From positions 1-64,000 of the forward strand of contig NJBH01000017.1 of the NCBI GenBank assembly GCA_005223125.1: DNA of 64,000 nt. The letters run 5' to 3'. This stretch comes from Promethearchaeota archaeon Loki_b32 (GTDB taxonomy: Archaea; Asgardarchaeota; Lokiarchaeia; Sigyniarchaeales; SOKP01). Shown here one piece after another: positions 31,514 to 40,665 of this stretch (position 1 is the stretch's first letter; every line of letters begins with the position of its first letter). Both the position numbers and the translations under genes were made by a program. The notes below the pieces were generated by a model, which was not told the DNA's origin, did not search any database, and saw only the letters and a program-made list of their open reading frames with translations.

Positions 31514-31629
31514 TAAAATGATGATAAAATTTTAATATTTTTTGTAAATGTTTCAATATTTATTAGAAAATTTGACACTATATTGAAACTTTGATTAATA
31601 TCAATTTAAATCTTATATTGAAAAAAAAG

Positions 31630-31923
31630 TTATTTCTCACAAGCACATGGTTTTGCTTTGCATTTAATACATATACCAGGATATTTTTTTGAAACTGCAG
31701 ATTCAAGATCGATTTCTAATAAATTTGCTAGGGAATTTGTCCAGGCAATTATATCGGCTAATTCTTCTGAAGCATTTTTTTCATCAATTGCTTTATTTCT
31801 TAAAATATGAGCGAATTCACCAATTTCTTCTATTAACCAAATAAAAGTACCATTAATTCCTCTATTTAGATCTCTTTTTATGTAAATATCTTTAATTAAC
31901 TTTTGAAATTCTGAAATTTTCAT
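31630..31923 (-). CDS. MazG-like nucleotide pyrophosphohydrolase
   Basis: WLIEEIGE, EELADIIAW, C-terminal CxxC...CxC. Confidence 0.88.
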   Translation of the reverse strand: MKISEFQKLIKDIYIKRDLNRGINGTFIWLIEEIGEFAHILRNKAIDEKNASEELADIIAWTNSLANLLEIDLESAVSKKYPGICIKCKAKPCACEK

Positions 31924-31957
31924 TCATTTTCAACAATAAACAGTTATTTATCATAAA

Positions 31958-32179
31958 TTATCCCCCACCAGGTGTGAATAACCAATTAAACACACCTATG
32001 TGTGCTAATATCACAATCAGTATTAGTGTTATCGATAATATAACTGTACTTATAGGTCCTATTTTAATCCCAACTGAGCTATCCTGAAAAAATCTCATCA
32101 AACCTGCTCCCCCCATTGGCATCGGGGCACTACCACTTCTTCTTTTTTTACGTCTTGACTGAGTTCCACGAGATGACAT
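31958..32179 (-). CDS. secG: preprotein translocase subunit Sec61beta
   Basis: Basic N-terminus, GAGLMRFF, IKIGP, then a single C-terminal TM. Confidence 0.9.
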   Translation of the reverse strand: MSSRGTQSRRKKRRSGSAPMPMGGAGLMRFFQDSSVGIKIGPISTVILSITLILIVILAHIGVFNWLFTPGGG

Positions 32180-32338
32180 AATTAAAAATAGTACTAAAAT
32201 TTGTAATAACTTTGTTTTAAAATAATTGCCAAAACCATATAAAATTTTATCTTGAAATTAAAAAAAAAAAATTGGTAAATTTTTATATCTTGTTTTAATT
32301 ATTTTTAGATAATTTAAGGAATAAAAGGTTGTCATTTA

Positions 32339-34186
32339 TTGAAAAGAAAAGATTTTTTATTAATTTTAATGGGTTTACTGTTAATTATAGTAACATTCTC
32401 ATTTGTGTTTGATAATTCAGAAATAGAGTTAACAGATTATAATAATAATAATAAGAATCCACAATTTTCTGCCGACTTGGATGGAATCGAAAATATTATA
32501 ATAACAAAATTATATAGGAACGCTAACATAACTACATATGGGTTATTATATATAGAAGATACTATAACATTTAAAAATTTAAATAATCACCCTATAACTT
32601 CAATATTTTTGGGGATTCCTATAGATGTAACTGAAGATCTAATCTTTTTTAAAGCCACTGGAACTAGTGATAATACTCTACTATCTGACTGTTCATCGAT
32701 GATAATGAATGGAAATCAGATGGTAGTAATTTATTTTGATTCTCCTTTGTTACCATATCAAATTAGGGATGTTAAATTTACACATACATATAAGAATATT
32801 ATTTCATACTCCTTATTAGAAGATGATCAACACGTAGTTTTTTATCCAATAGTTTATCCATTGGCACCATATAATATAGAAGGTGAAGCTTCTGCGATCT
32901 TCAATTATCCTGTAGTGGCAACATCAGTAGATGGAGGATGGGGTTTTGTAAATCCTGCACTTTCTCGTATTTCATATGATTTTGATTCGATTAAAGATGA
33001 ATTAGAGATTGATTTTATATCCCCATTTTTAGAAAATTTGGGTGAAAAAAAGGAAGCCCTCATACATTTCATTGATAATGATAATTCAAAATTAGAGATG
33101 GAAGAAGTTAATCGTGAAATTTTTATCTCTCCATGGGGGATTATTAAAGTAAAAGAGAAGTTCTCATTAGTAAACTTCGGATATAAAGATATTAATGTAT
33201 TCACAATAAAAATTCCTAAAGCTGCAACAAATCTTTATGTTTTTGATGATTTAGGTGAAATCCAAGGTACAGAGATAATTGATCAAGGTGAATCAAATTA
33301 TAAAACTGTACAATTTCTCTTATATATTAATCGAGTAATTCTTAAACCAAATACAAATTTTGAATTTACTGTTGAGTATAACTTACCATTTGAAAATTAC
33401 GTTTCTTTAAATTGGTTTGAACAATCAATTCAAATTGATTTATTAACAACAACTTATGACTTTCTTGGCAAAAACCAGATTATCAACGTTATTATAGATG
33501 CCTGTAGCAGTATTAATTTAATTACCGAATCTCCTACAGCTATTACGCGGTCTAAGGGTGCTACAACTCTTTCATTCCTATCTGAAACGGTTTGCCCTTT
33601 GGAAAGAAAAATAATACAATTTACATTTACTATTGATGTGTTCGATATATTATTGAGACCTATTACATTCATATTAATAATATCACTGATTGCTTCAACA
33701 TATGTATTACTAATTAAAACAATAAAGAAAGCCGATACTACAATTTTATCAACAAAATATATACCGGTTAATGAAATTAGGGAGTTCTGTTCTTTATATG
33801 AAGAAAAAAATGCTTTAACCTTAGAAATTAGACTAGCAAAAGATGATGCTAAAAGAAAAAAGATAGCAAAAAAAAAGTATAAAAATATTTTAACTAAAAA
33901 TGTTTCAAAAATTGATGAAATTCAAAAAGAAGTAACTCCTTTTAAGAAAGTATTAATGGAAACAAGTGAGATCTTTGAAACTATTGTAAAGCGATTAGAT
34001 ATTTTAGAAGCAGAGAGAATAAGTGTTAAGGACAGTTTAGCTCTGTTAGAATCCAGGTATAGAAGAGGAAGATTACCATCCAGAGCGGCATATCTAAAAT
34101 TATCAGATGATTTTATAAAAAGAAGGAAAAAGATTGATAAAACAATTGACAAATTAATTCAGCAAATGAGGAGCTATCTATTATAA
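32339..34186 (+). CDS. ribophorin I (OST1)-like oligosaccharyltransferase subunit
   Basis: Signal/TM, two beta-rich luminal repeats (RNANITTYGLLYIEDTITFKN; REIFISPWGIIKVKEKFSLVN), a TM, and a cytoplasmic helical bundle. Confidence 0.75.
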   Translation: MKRKDFLLILMGLLLIIVTFSFVFDNSEIELTDYNNNNKNPQFSADLDGIENIIITKLYRNANITTYGLLYIEDTITFKNLNNHPITSIFLGIPIDVTEDLIFFKATGTSDNTLLSDCSSMIMNGNQMVVIYFDSPLLPYQIRDVKFTHTYKNIISYSLLEDDQHVVFYPIVYPLAPYNIEGEASAIFNYPVVATSVDGGWGFVNPALSRISYDFDSIKDELEIDFISPFLENLGEKKEALIHFIDNDNSKLEMEEVNREIFISPWGIIKVKEKFSLVNFGYKDINVFTIKIPKAATNLYVFDDLGEIQGTEIIDQGESNYKTVQFLLYINRVILKPNTNFEFTVEYNLPFENYVSLNWFEQSIQIDLLTTTYDFLGKNQIINVIIDACSSINLITESPTAITRSKGATTLSFLSETVCPLERKIIQFTFTIDVFDILLRPITFILIISLIASTYVLLIKTIKKADTTILSTKYIPVNEIREFCSLYEEKNALTLEIRLAKDDAKRKKIAKKKYKNILTKNVSKIDEIQKEVTPFKKVLMETSEIFETIVKRLDILEAERISVKDSLALLESRYRRGRLPSRAAYLKLSDDFIKRRKKIDKTIDKLIQQMRSYLL

Positions 34187-34210
34187 GAGCATTTGAATGT
34201 GAATGAATTT

Positions 34211-34834
34211 ATGAAACCATGGTTATTTGACATATTAGCATGTCCTATTGATAAACAATTTCCATTAAAATTATATATTTTTTCTTTTGAAAATAAACCA
34301 GAAGAATTTCAATCTATTATTGATATTTATAAAAACAGAGATATCAACATTATTAAAAAAGAAAAAATAATTGAGGTTTTTCAAGAAAATGACGAATATT
34401 TCTTAAGGGATAACATAGTCATTGAAAAAACCAAACTTAAATCCTATCTTGAGTTAATAATTTCGAGTATAAATGAATTTGAAAATGTCTTTAATAATTC
34501 TACAAACCAATTGAGTAAAAAAAGTTTTCAAATCATAAATTCTGAAGTTAAATCTAAAATTTTAGAACTTTTTAAAGATTTAAAATTCCATCATATTGAA
34601 GATATATTTCCTGAGTTATATTTTATAAATAAAGTAAAATTAGACATTGAAATTGAATCAGGTATATTATTTTGCAGCAAATGTAACCGTTGGTATCCTA
34701 TTATAGATACAATTCCACAGATGCTCCCTGATAAGTATCGTGATGAAAGAAAAGAAATTGAATTCCTTGAAAGCAATAAAAATTTATTAGATGAAAAATT
34801 TTTTAATCAAGATCTTAAACCATTTAATATTTAA
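34211..34834 (+). CDS. trm112: Trm112-like methyltransferase activator with a long central insertion
   Basis: MKPWLFDILACPIDK ... IESGILFCSKCNRWYPIIDTIPQML. Confidence 0.8.
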   Translation: MKPWLFDILACPIDKQFPLKLYIFSFENKPEEFQSIIDIYKNRDINIIKKEKIIEVFQENDEYFLRDNIVIEKTKLKSYLELIISSINEFENVFNNSTNQLSKKSFQIINSEVKSKILELFKDLKFHHIEDIFPELYFINKVKLDIEIESGILFCSKCNRWYPIIDTIPQMLPDKYRDERKEIEFLESNKNLLDEKFFNQDLKPFNI

Positions 34835-34881
34835 GAATTAAATAACATAAAATCTATGAACTGTTTCAAATACAAACTCTT

Positions 34882-35013
34882 AGCCCGGTGGTGTAGATTA
34901 ATACATATATTATGTATTGAGTAAATTGGCCAAGCATTTGGGGCTTTGAACCCCGCGACCACGGTTCGAATATTAAAAAGGTTTCTGATTAATCGAAATT
35001 CCGTGCCGGGCTA
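34882..35013 (+). tRNA. tRNA-Gln(UUG) with two non-canonical introns (34897..34926 at 15/16; 34971..34999 at 59/60)
   Basis: Acceptor stem AGCCCGG/CCGGGCT plus discriminator A; anticodon arm TGGGG-CTTTGAA-CCCCG; T arm CACGG-TTCGAAT-CCGTG. Removing the 30-nt and 29-nt inserts gives a 73-nt cloverleaf. CCA is not encoded. Confidence 0.9.
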
Positions 35014-35367
35014 TTATTTTTAATAATACTACTTAAAAAAATTTTTCAATTGCCGGTATTTTTAATTTTTTCTTTTTGACTAAAAATTAAAAGTCATCAA
35101 TTCAAGACTGATAATAATCTTGGTTATATCAATCTTTTTTATTTCGGAAGAGATAAAAATATAATTTTTGTTTAAAAAACGCTATTTTGTCACTGTTTGA
35201 TTATTTAAAAATTTTAAAATTAACTCAATTCTTAATTTGTATTTATCATTTGATTATAAAAAATTTTAAATAAATCAAAAAAACCGAAATTTATCTATAA
35301 TAAGAAGAAAGATTTATTTGTCTTGTAAGTAAAATACTATTTAATTAAAATTAAAGAAAAGATTACA

Positions 35368-35679
35368 ATGCTTAACTTCAGTTGGGTAAGAAAAATAGGA
35401 AATAAAAGATTATTTATACTATGTCTTTCAATTGCAGTGATTACTACTTTATCTCTTGTTATTTTTATTGCATTTTCAAATACAACTGTTAGCCTTAATG
35501 ATTCTTCTGATGATTCTTCTGATGATGGGGGAGACGATGATGATTGTTTTTGACATAGAATTTATGGGAGTAATCTAATGGAAGATAGTGTTCTATACAA
35601 AAAAAATTCAGTCGATAATCATAATTTTGATATAGATCTCAAAAATATTAAATCCTATTTGTATGATCCTTATAAATAA
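35368..35679 (+). CDS. small membrane-anchored acidic protein; 61 aa if TGA 35551-35553 is a stop, 103 aa if it is read as Sec
   Basis: Basic N-terminus, TM, DSSDDSSDDGGDDDDCF, in-frame TGA, then 41 sense codons to TAA at 35677-35679. Confidence 0.5.
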
Positions 35680-35721
35680 ATAGTAGTTATAAGAGGACAA
35701 CCACGCAATGGTGTTGGATTT
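35649..35721 (+). promoter_or_regulatory. candidate eukaryote-type SECIS-like hairpin
   Basis: AUGA (35663-66), a roughly 12-position helix with CUUAUAA/UUAUAAG, an AAUAG loop, GA (35696-97); flanking UUG/CAA and UAAAUCC/GGAUUUA pairings; T-tract from about 35731. Confidence 0.35.
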
Positions 35722-35769
35722 AAAAAGAAATTTTTTTTTCTTAATTTTTTTATTTGAGGAAATATTCGG

Positions 35770-36395
35770 CTATTGAAATATAAAGTAATTGTATAAGTAA
35801 GTTTTTTGAGAATATTTAATATTTTTTGAATAGAATTTTAGTTTAAGTTCTAGAAAATCAACAGATAAATTGCTAACAAAATTAAGATTGTACCATTTAT
35901 TATCCTTAAATGAGTTCGATATTTCAATTGAAATTCTTTGATATTTGATGATTTTATACCTAAACAAATCAAAATTAACACATCTACGATAAGGTTAATC
36001 ATTCTTATCAAATACACAGTAATAAAAACCATTATTAATGGATTATTTCTAAAAGAGATTTTAATAAAGCTAAACAGATAGGGCTAAAATGTTAGATTAT
36101 AATCAAAACATAGCTAATTTATACTAAAAAACTATAGAATGCCGAATTTTTTTCTAAAAAGTCTTTTACAAGGTTTTTTATTTTTTCTGGGATGTTATAC
36201 TTTTACTTTATTCTTTATTACATTCTATTTCTGTTATACACCAATAAAAATTAATAGTTCTGCAAATGTATATGAAAAAAAAAGGAGAAATTTATTACTA
36301 ATTATAAAAAATTGATACATAATATAGAAAAAAAAAGATAACTTAAAATTATTCCAGAAAGTAATCCAATAAAGATTTCCCAAAACTTTCTTCAT
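35770..36395 (-). pseudogene. decayed multi-pass membrane protein remnant
   Basis: Hydrophobic fragments in shifting frames (MKKVLG/IFIGLLSGIILSYLFF..., ...NGTILILLAIYLLIF), broken by stops and frameshifts. Confidence 0.35.
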
Positions 36396-36664
36396 TCTTC
36401 ATTTAATATTAGTGATATGCCAAAAACACTTAACATTAACATTTACTTTATGAATTTACATGGTGATATCCCTTTTATAAACACAGATACAAAAGCTATA
36501 ACAATCTTAACATCAGTCATATTCAATAATTTAATTATTCATACATTCCATTTTACATAACGTAAAAAATCGCAAAATATAATATTAAGCCAAATATTTT
36601 TTTTTTCAACCTCAAAGTTCAAAATATTAACATTTTCAAAATAGCTTTTAAATTTGTAAAAATT

Positions 36665-38035
36665 ATGATTCCATTATCTGGTTTGAAATGGGGATTTTTA
36701 GAAATATTTTATTTAATTATTATTTTTATTGTAGGCTTTCTAATTACTTACTTAACCCTCCCATACATAATCAAATTGATGAAAAAAAAGAATTTTGTTG
36801 GATATGACATCCATAAGAATGCTCAACCAGAAATTGCCGAGTCTGGAGGTATTAGTATAGTTATTGGTTTTTCTATTACTTCAATATTCGTAATTATATT
36901 TTTTCCTAATTTCATAAATGAAACCATTGTCTTTTTATTAACTGTTTTGATAGCAGGAGCTATTGGATTTATCGATGATAGAAAAAAACTCAGATCACGT
37001 TACAAAATAATATTATCAATTTTTTCTGGTACAACTATTTTTTTTGCTAATTTAATTGGTTTTATTACAATAACCTCACCAACTATTCCCTTCCTCGATC
37101 AAACTCGAATGACAATTATTTATCCTTTCTTAGTTCCCATTATTGTAGCTGTTTTTACCAATACAGTAAATATGCTAGAAGGTTACAATGGCGAGGGTTC
37201 AGGAACGTGTTTAATCGCGGTCTGTTTTCTTTTTATATGTAGTTTAATATGGAATTCTACTGAGGGAGTGATTTTTACAATTCCAGTCATAGCAGTACTA
37301 ATTCCTTTTTTCATATATAATAAATTTCCAGCAAAAATATTTCCTGGAGATATAGGTACATTAAGTATGGGTGCAATGATTGCATGCATTATGTTATTTG
37401 GGTCATTGGAAGTTGCCACTTTTTGTGCTCTTTTAATTCATATATTCAACAGTTTTTATTATATTTATTCTGTACGTGGGTTTTTTGAGAGCAGTGATAT
37501 TAAAGGCAGTAAAGAAGATATAATCTTACTCGAAGATGATCGAATTAAAGCTTCAGATCAAAAAGATGCAGCATTAACATTGCCTAGATTAATATTAGCA
37601 AAAGGGCCATTAACAGAACCAGAATTAATAAAAAACTTTTATGCTATTTCAATAATATGTGGTTTTTTTTCCATTCTCTCTATCTTACTCATGCAATACA
37701 GTTTAGGGAACCTAAATATCTACATCTTAATTATTACTTTAATCGTTCTTTTAGCTCCAACTATTTTCATATTATATAAATTCCCCAGAATTCAAGGAAT
37801 AATTTTTCTGATGATGGTCCTATTAATTTCTATTTTGTCATTCCTAATATTTATTGAAGCTGTAATTATGCCACTTCCTTTTGAAGATGTAAACCTAGGG
37901 ATAATAAGTATTCCAATTCATCTATTAATTTCCTTTATACTAATGATTCCTATATTGTTATTATGGTATCTAATTACAATAAAGTATTTCTGGATTGAAA
38001 TTGATAAGATGAATAAAATCGAAACCCAAAATTAA
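36665..38035 (+). CDS. UDP-GlcNAc:dolichyl-phosphate GlcNAc-1-phosphate transferase (AglH/Alg7-like, MraY superfamily)
   Basis: GYDIHK, AESGG, GFIDD, NTVNMLEGYNG, PAKIFPGDIGT; extra C-terminal TMs. Confidence 0.88.
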   Translation: MIPLSGLKWGFLEIFYLIIIFIVGFLITYLTLPYIIKLMKKKNFVGYDIHKNAQPEIAESGGISIVIGFSITSIFVIIFFPNFINETIVFLLTVLIAGAIGFIDDRKKLRSRYKIILSIFSGTTIFFANLIGFITITSPTIPFLDQTRMTIIYPFLVPIIVAVFTNTVNMLEGYNGEGSGTCLIAVCFLFICSLIWNSTEGVIFTIPVIAVLIPFFIYNKFPAKIFPGDIGTLSMGAMIACIMLFGSLEVATFCALLIHIFNSFYYIYSVRGFFESSDIKGSKEDIILLEDDRIKASDQKDAALTLPRLILAKGPLTEPELIKNFYAISIICGFFSILSILLMQYSLGNLNIYILIITLIVLLAPTIFILYKFPRIQGIIFLMMVLLISILSFLIFIEAVIMPLPFEDVNLGIISIPIHLLISFILMIPILLLWYLITIKYFWIEIDKMNKIETQN

Positions 38036-38074
38036 ATAAAGTAATCTATTAATTGACAAATTAATTAAAAAAAC

Positions 38075-40636
38075 TTGTTAAATGTTAAGGTATTTTCTTT
38101 GAAAAAAAAAATTAGATATTTACTTTTATTTTCTTATCCCTTTTATTCAATTGGAATTTTTTTAATAGTAAATTCATTTATATTAAAGTTTAATTTATTA
38201 ACACTTCTAACTGATTGGACATTTTTAATAACTTTTGTTCTCTATTTATTAACTATTGAAGAATTTCTGCAATGGGCTAAAAATGGTAAAAGAAGTGAAA
38301 TGAGTGATATTGTCGCAATATTTTTTTTCTTTTTTCTCATTTTTTTCTTTTCAAAAGATTTTCTAACGTCAATAATGGGCGCATTCTCAATATATTTATG
38401 GATAGGGATATTTGAATTAAAGGATTATCCTATAATTAATAAAATTTTAATAATCTCTCTAATAACTTATAATGTTATTTTTGTTGCTGGTCTTTTTTCT
38501 TACTATTTAGGAGATCCAGTTTATATTAATACTAGTTTTGCGTTTTCTTTCTGGATAATCCTTATTCTAGGATTTTTGTTATTTGGAAGAAAATACATAA
38601 TTGTCTGGCGATTTATGAGCCCTGCATATTTAACCTTATTTCTTTATATTATAGCATGGCTAGCTGTTGTATTTATTAACCAATATACTCCACTAACTTT
38701 TATTGTAGATAGACCTATTGGTTCTAGTGAATTCAAGATTACTGACCTCTTTTTTAATGTCTATTTTATATTAATTGCAGTTAATTGGGGAATTTATTTC
38801 GTATCAGGATTCATTTTGGATAAATTACTCGGAATTCATAAAGTAAGAGATGAAAATCTATTGAAGATCATAAATAAATTAAAAGTTGATATTGGAATTA
38901 AAGGAAAAGTTAAAGTGGGTTTTGGAAAATATCCCATATTAAATGCTATGGCTTACGGCTCTGTATTTGATAAACGAATTGCTATTATAGCTGATGATAT
39001 AAATCAAATTCCTGAAGATGAATTGAAAGGCATTGTGGCTCATGAATTAGCCCACACAAAAGGAAAACATACTCTTATTTTAACTTTAATTACTTCTGTT
39101 GATCTTTTTGTAAGAATGTTTCTTGGTATTCCTGCTACATACTATGATTATACTTTTGGAAATCCCCAGCTTCCAATGATATACTTTATCATTTTAAATT
39201 TAGCGATATATATAATTCTTTTTATATTTGTAAGAATTTTAGAAGGAAAGGCAGATTTAAAAGCAAAGAAAGCTGGATATGCAAATGAGCTTGCCAAAGC
39301 TCTTTATACCTTAGAAAGTTTTTATTCATCTGGTCGAGAAATTGGATTGAACACTATGCTTTTAAGTGAAGAAAAAATCACAAAAGATAACCAACTATTG
39401 GATTATATGAGTACAGCAATTTATTTAAATCGTTCAATGATAAAACCGTCAAGAGGATCACTTTTGGCTAATTTAATTAATTCTCATCCTCCTAGTTATT
39501 ATAGGATTGCAGCAATTTTAGGTAATGAATTAAAACCTATTAAGGAAGCAATTCTTCCATTTATATGTCTAAAAAAATCTAAGCAAAAAAAATATGCAAA
39601 AAAATTTGAAGAAGCAAGAGTAAAATTTAAAATCTTAGCAAATAATAAATTTAAGGTTTTTTTTAAAATTGATGATATTTCTTTCTTAATGGAGTCACTT
39701 AAAGGAAAAGAATTATATAAATTTAAAATTCAAAAGGACTTCATCTTTAGAAATCTAATTACAGATGAAATCATTGTTGGTAAATTAATTGATGTCCAAT
39801 CTATTGATAATATTACAGATCCTATCCAATTTGTTATTCACAATTTAAAAACAATTCAAAATATTATCTTAAGTCCATCTTTATATTCACACAATCAATA
39901 TGATTTGAATGGAGAGTACTTCTTGAAAAAAAATGCACCTTTTGAATTAATTGATATTAAATTGAATGAAAATAATAAAGATGGATATTATCTTTTCTTG
40001 GACAATAATAATAATAAGATCCAAAAACCTCTTGTTAAAACGAAATTACCAAATTCTCACTTTTTTTTTAAGAATTTTAAAGATCATGAAGTTTTTCTTA
40101 AAATTAAAGGAGAATTAAAAGTTTTTAAATGTATAAATATAAGTACAGCAATAAAATTAGGTGACTTTAAATTAACAATTATAGATAATGATAATCAAGA
40201 TGCGAAACTGGTTAATTATTCTCTTAGTGAATTAATAATTCGCCCGAAAAAAATTTACTTAGCTATTAGCAAAAGCTCTATTTCTCGAAAATCTGAAGTA
40301 AATGTAATGAAGTGGTTATCAAAAAAAAAGTTACAAACATTTATATATCTTAAAAAACCTGTTAATAATTTAGAAATTGGTAATATTCAGAAGATAGACT
40401 TTCATTCTCAGGATTTCAAGAAAGGTACTCTTAAGAGCATGAAGAAAAGAGAAGATGAAATATCAATCAATAACGTTTTTGGGAAGAACATAAAGATACC
40501 TTATAATAAATTAGAATTGATAAGTTTTGAATATAATACAGCAATGATACAACTAAAATCATCAACAAGCTTTTCGAGTCGTTTAGGGTATAGAATATTG
40601 AAGAAATTCAAACCAGATAGAATAATCATGACTTAA
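38075..40636 (+). CDS. M48/HtpX-family membrane zinc protease with N- and C-terminal extensions
   Basis: LNAMAYG, GIVAHELAH (HExxH), EGKAD, SHPP...RI. Confidence 0.85.
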   Translation: MLNVKVFSLKKKIRYLLLFSYPFYSIGIFLIVNSFILKFNLLTLLTDWTFLITFVLYLLTIEEFLQWAKNGKRSEMSDIVAIFFFFFLIFFFSKDFLTSIMGAFSIYLWIGIFELKDYPIINKILIISLITYNVIFVAGLFSYYLGDPVYINTSFAFSFWIILILGFLLFGRKYIIVWRFMSPAYLTLFLYIIAWLAVVFINQYTPLTFIVDRPIGSSEFKITDLFFNVYFILIAVNWGIYFVSGFILDKLLGIHKVRDENLLKIINKLKVDIGIKGKVKVGFGKYPILNAMAYGSVFDKRIAIIADDINQIPEDELKGIVAHELAHTKGKHTLILTLITSVDLFVRMFLGIPATYYDYTFGNPQLPMIYFIILNLAIYIILFIFVRILEGKADLKAKKAGYANELAKALYTLESFYSSGREIGLNTMLLSEEKITKDNQLLDYMSTAIYLNRSMIKPSRGSLLANLINSHPPSYYRIAAILGNELKPIKEAILPFICLKKSKQKKYAKKFEEARVKFKILANNKFKVFFKIDDISFLMESLKGKELYKFKIQKDFIFRNLITDEIIVGKLIDVQSIDNITDPIQFVIHNLKTIQNIILSPSLYSHNQYDLNGEYFLKKNAPFELIDIKLNENNKDGYYLFLDNNNNKIQKPLVKTKLPNSHFFFKNFKDHEVFLKIKGELKVFKCINISTAIKLGDFKLTIIDNDNQDAKLVNYSLSELIIRPKKIYLAISKSSISRKSEVNVMKWLSKKKLQTFIYLKKPVNNLEIGNIQKIDFHSQDFKKGTLKSMKKREDEISINNVFGKNIKIPYNKLELISFEYNTAMIQLKSSTSFSSRLGYRILKKFKPDRIIMT

Positions 40637-40665
40637 AAAAATTTAATATAAATGTCTCTTTCAAA

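Noticed and set aside
35014-36664. Integrated element at the tRNA-Gln
   Set aside because: No integrase and no duplicated tRNA 3' end were found; only a small ORF and decayed sequence.
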